This document shows positions 63,701-64,000 of a stretch of DNA of 64,000 nt, piece by piece. The DNA comes from Euprymna scolopes (taxonomy: Eukaryota), in the NCBI GenBank assembly GCA_053919585.1, contig CM132786.1, one strand, 5' to 3'. How positions within the stretch are numbered: position 1 is the first letter of the stretch; every line of letters begins with the position of its first letter. Position numbers and translations under genes: made by a program. The notes under the pieces are model-generated. The model worked only from the letters and a program-made list of their open reading frames with translations. It had not been told where the DNA came from and ran no database searches.

Positions 63701-64000
63701 AGCGCAGGTGTCGCATCGATATGAGCGCCTGCAAACCGTCCGAGTCAGCTATCGAGTATCGGGATATTACTTAATGGAAAATGATAAAGTAGGTTTTGTT
63801 ATACTTTATTTATAATATTTCCGAGACAAGCGAGGAAACTAAACTGCATGATGTATCCACAAGACTTGCTAATCATCCATCAACACCGGATAGCCAAGTA
63901 GGTTTGTGAACAATCTAAGTAAGTTCTTATGAGAGGGAGGAATCATAACACAATCCCGTCTGTCATCTGTTTTTTTAGTCAACTTCCATTTATCATTTTA

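Overview
This is AT-rich eukaryotic DNA, most likely from an invertebrate metazoan draft assembly, with ten short N gaps and many (TA)n microsatellites. No intact protein-coding gene is recognisable. The ORF track is microsatellite or gap noise plus transposon relics. Decayed mobile elements include: a Tc1 relic (1-866), two mariner relics (one full-length with TIRs at 48381-49659), two Penelope-like retroelements (one near full-length at 36.3-39.0 kb), several CR1/L2-type LINE pieces, RTE and R4/NeSL-type fragments, Gypsy LTR/gag/protease fragments, a decayed tRNA-Cys-like sequence, and at least two families of non-autonomous Helitrons, three copies of which sit head-to-tail at 9.1-11.6 kb. 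The features least explained by TE decay are: (i) a ~5 kb array of roughly 55 diverged ~79-bp units (21.3-26.3 kb), each with a palindromic double GATA-type site and a stem-loop followed by a T-tract; (ii) a run of well-formed + strand splice sites in apparently TE-free DNA (13.6-17.3 kb) suggesting a spliced non-coding or micropeptide transcript; (iii) a ~415-bp foldback carrying a degenerate hammerhead-like core (27.7-28.1 kb). All calls were made by eye. Element boundaries are approximate unless termini are quoted.
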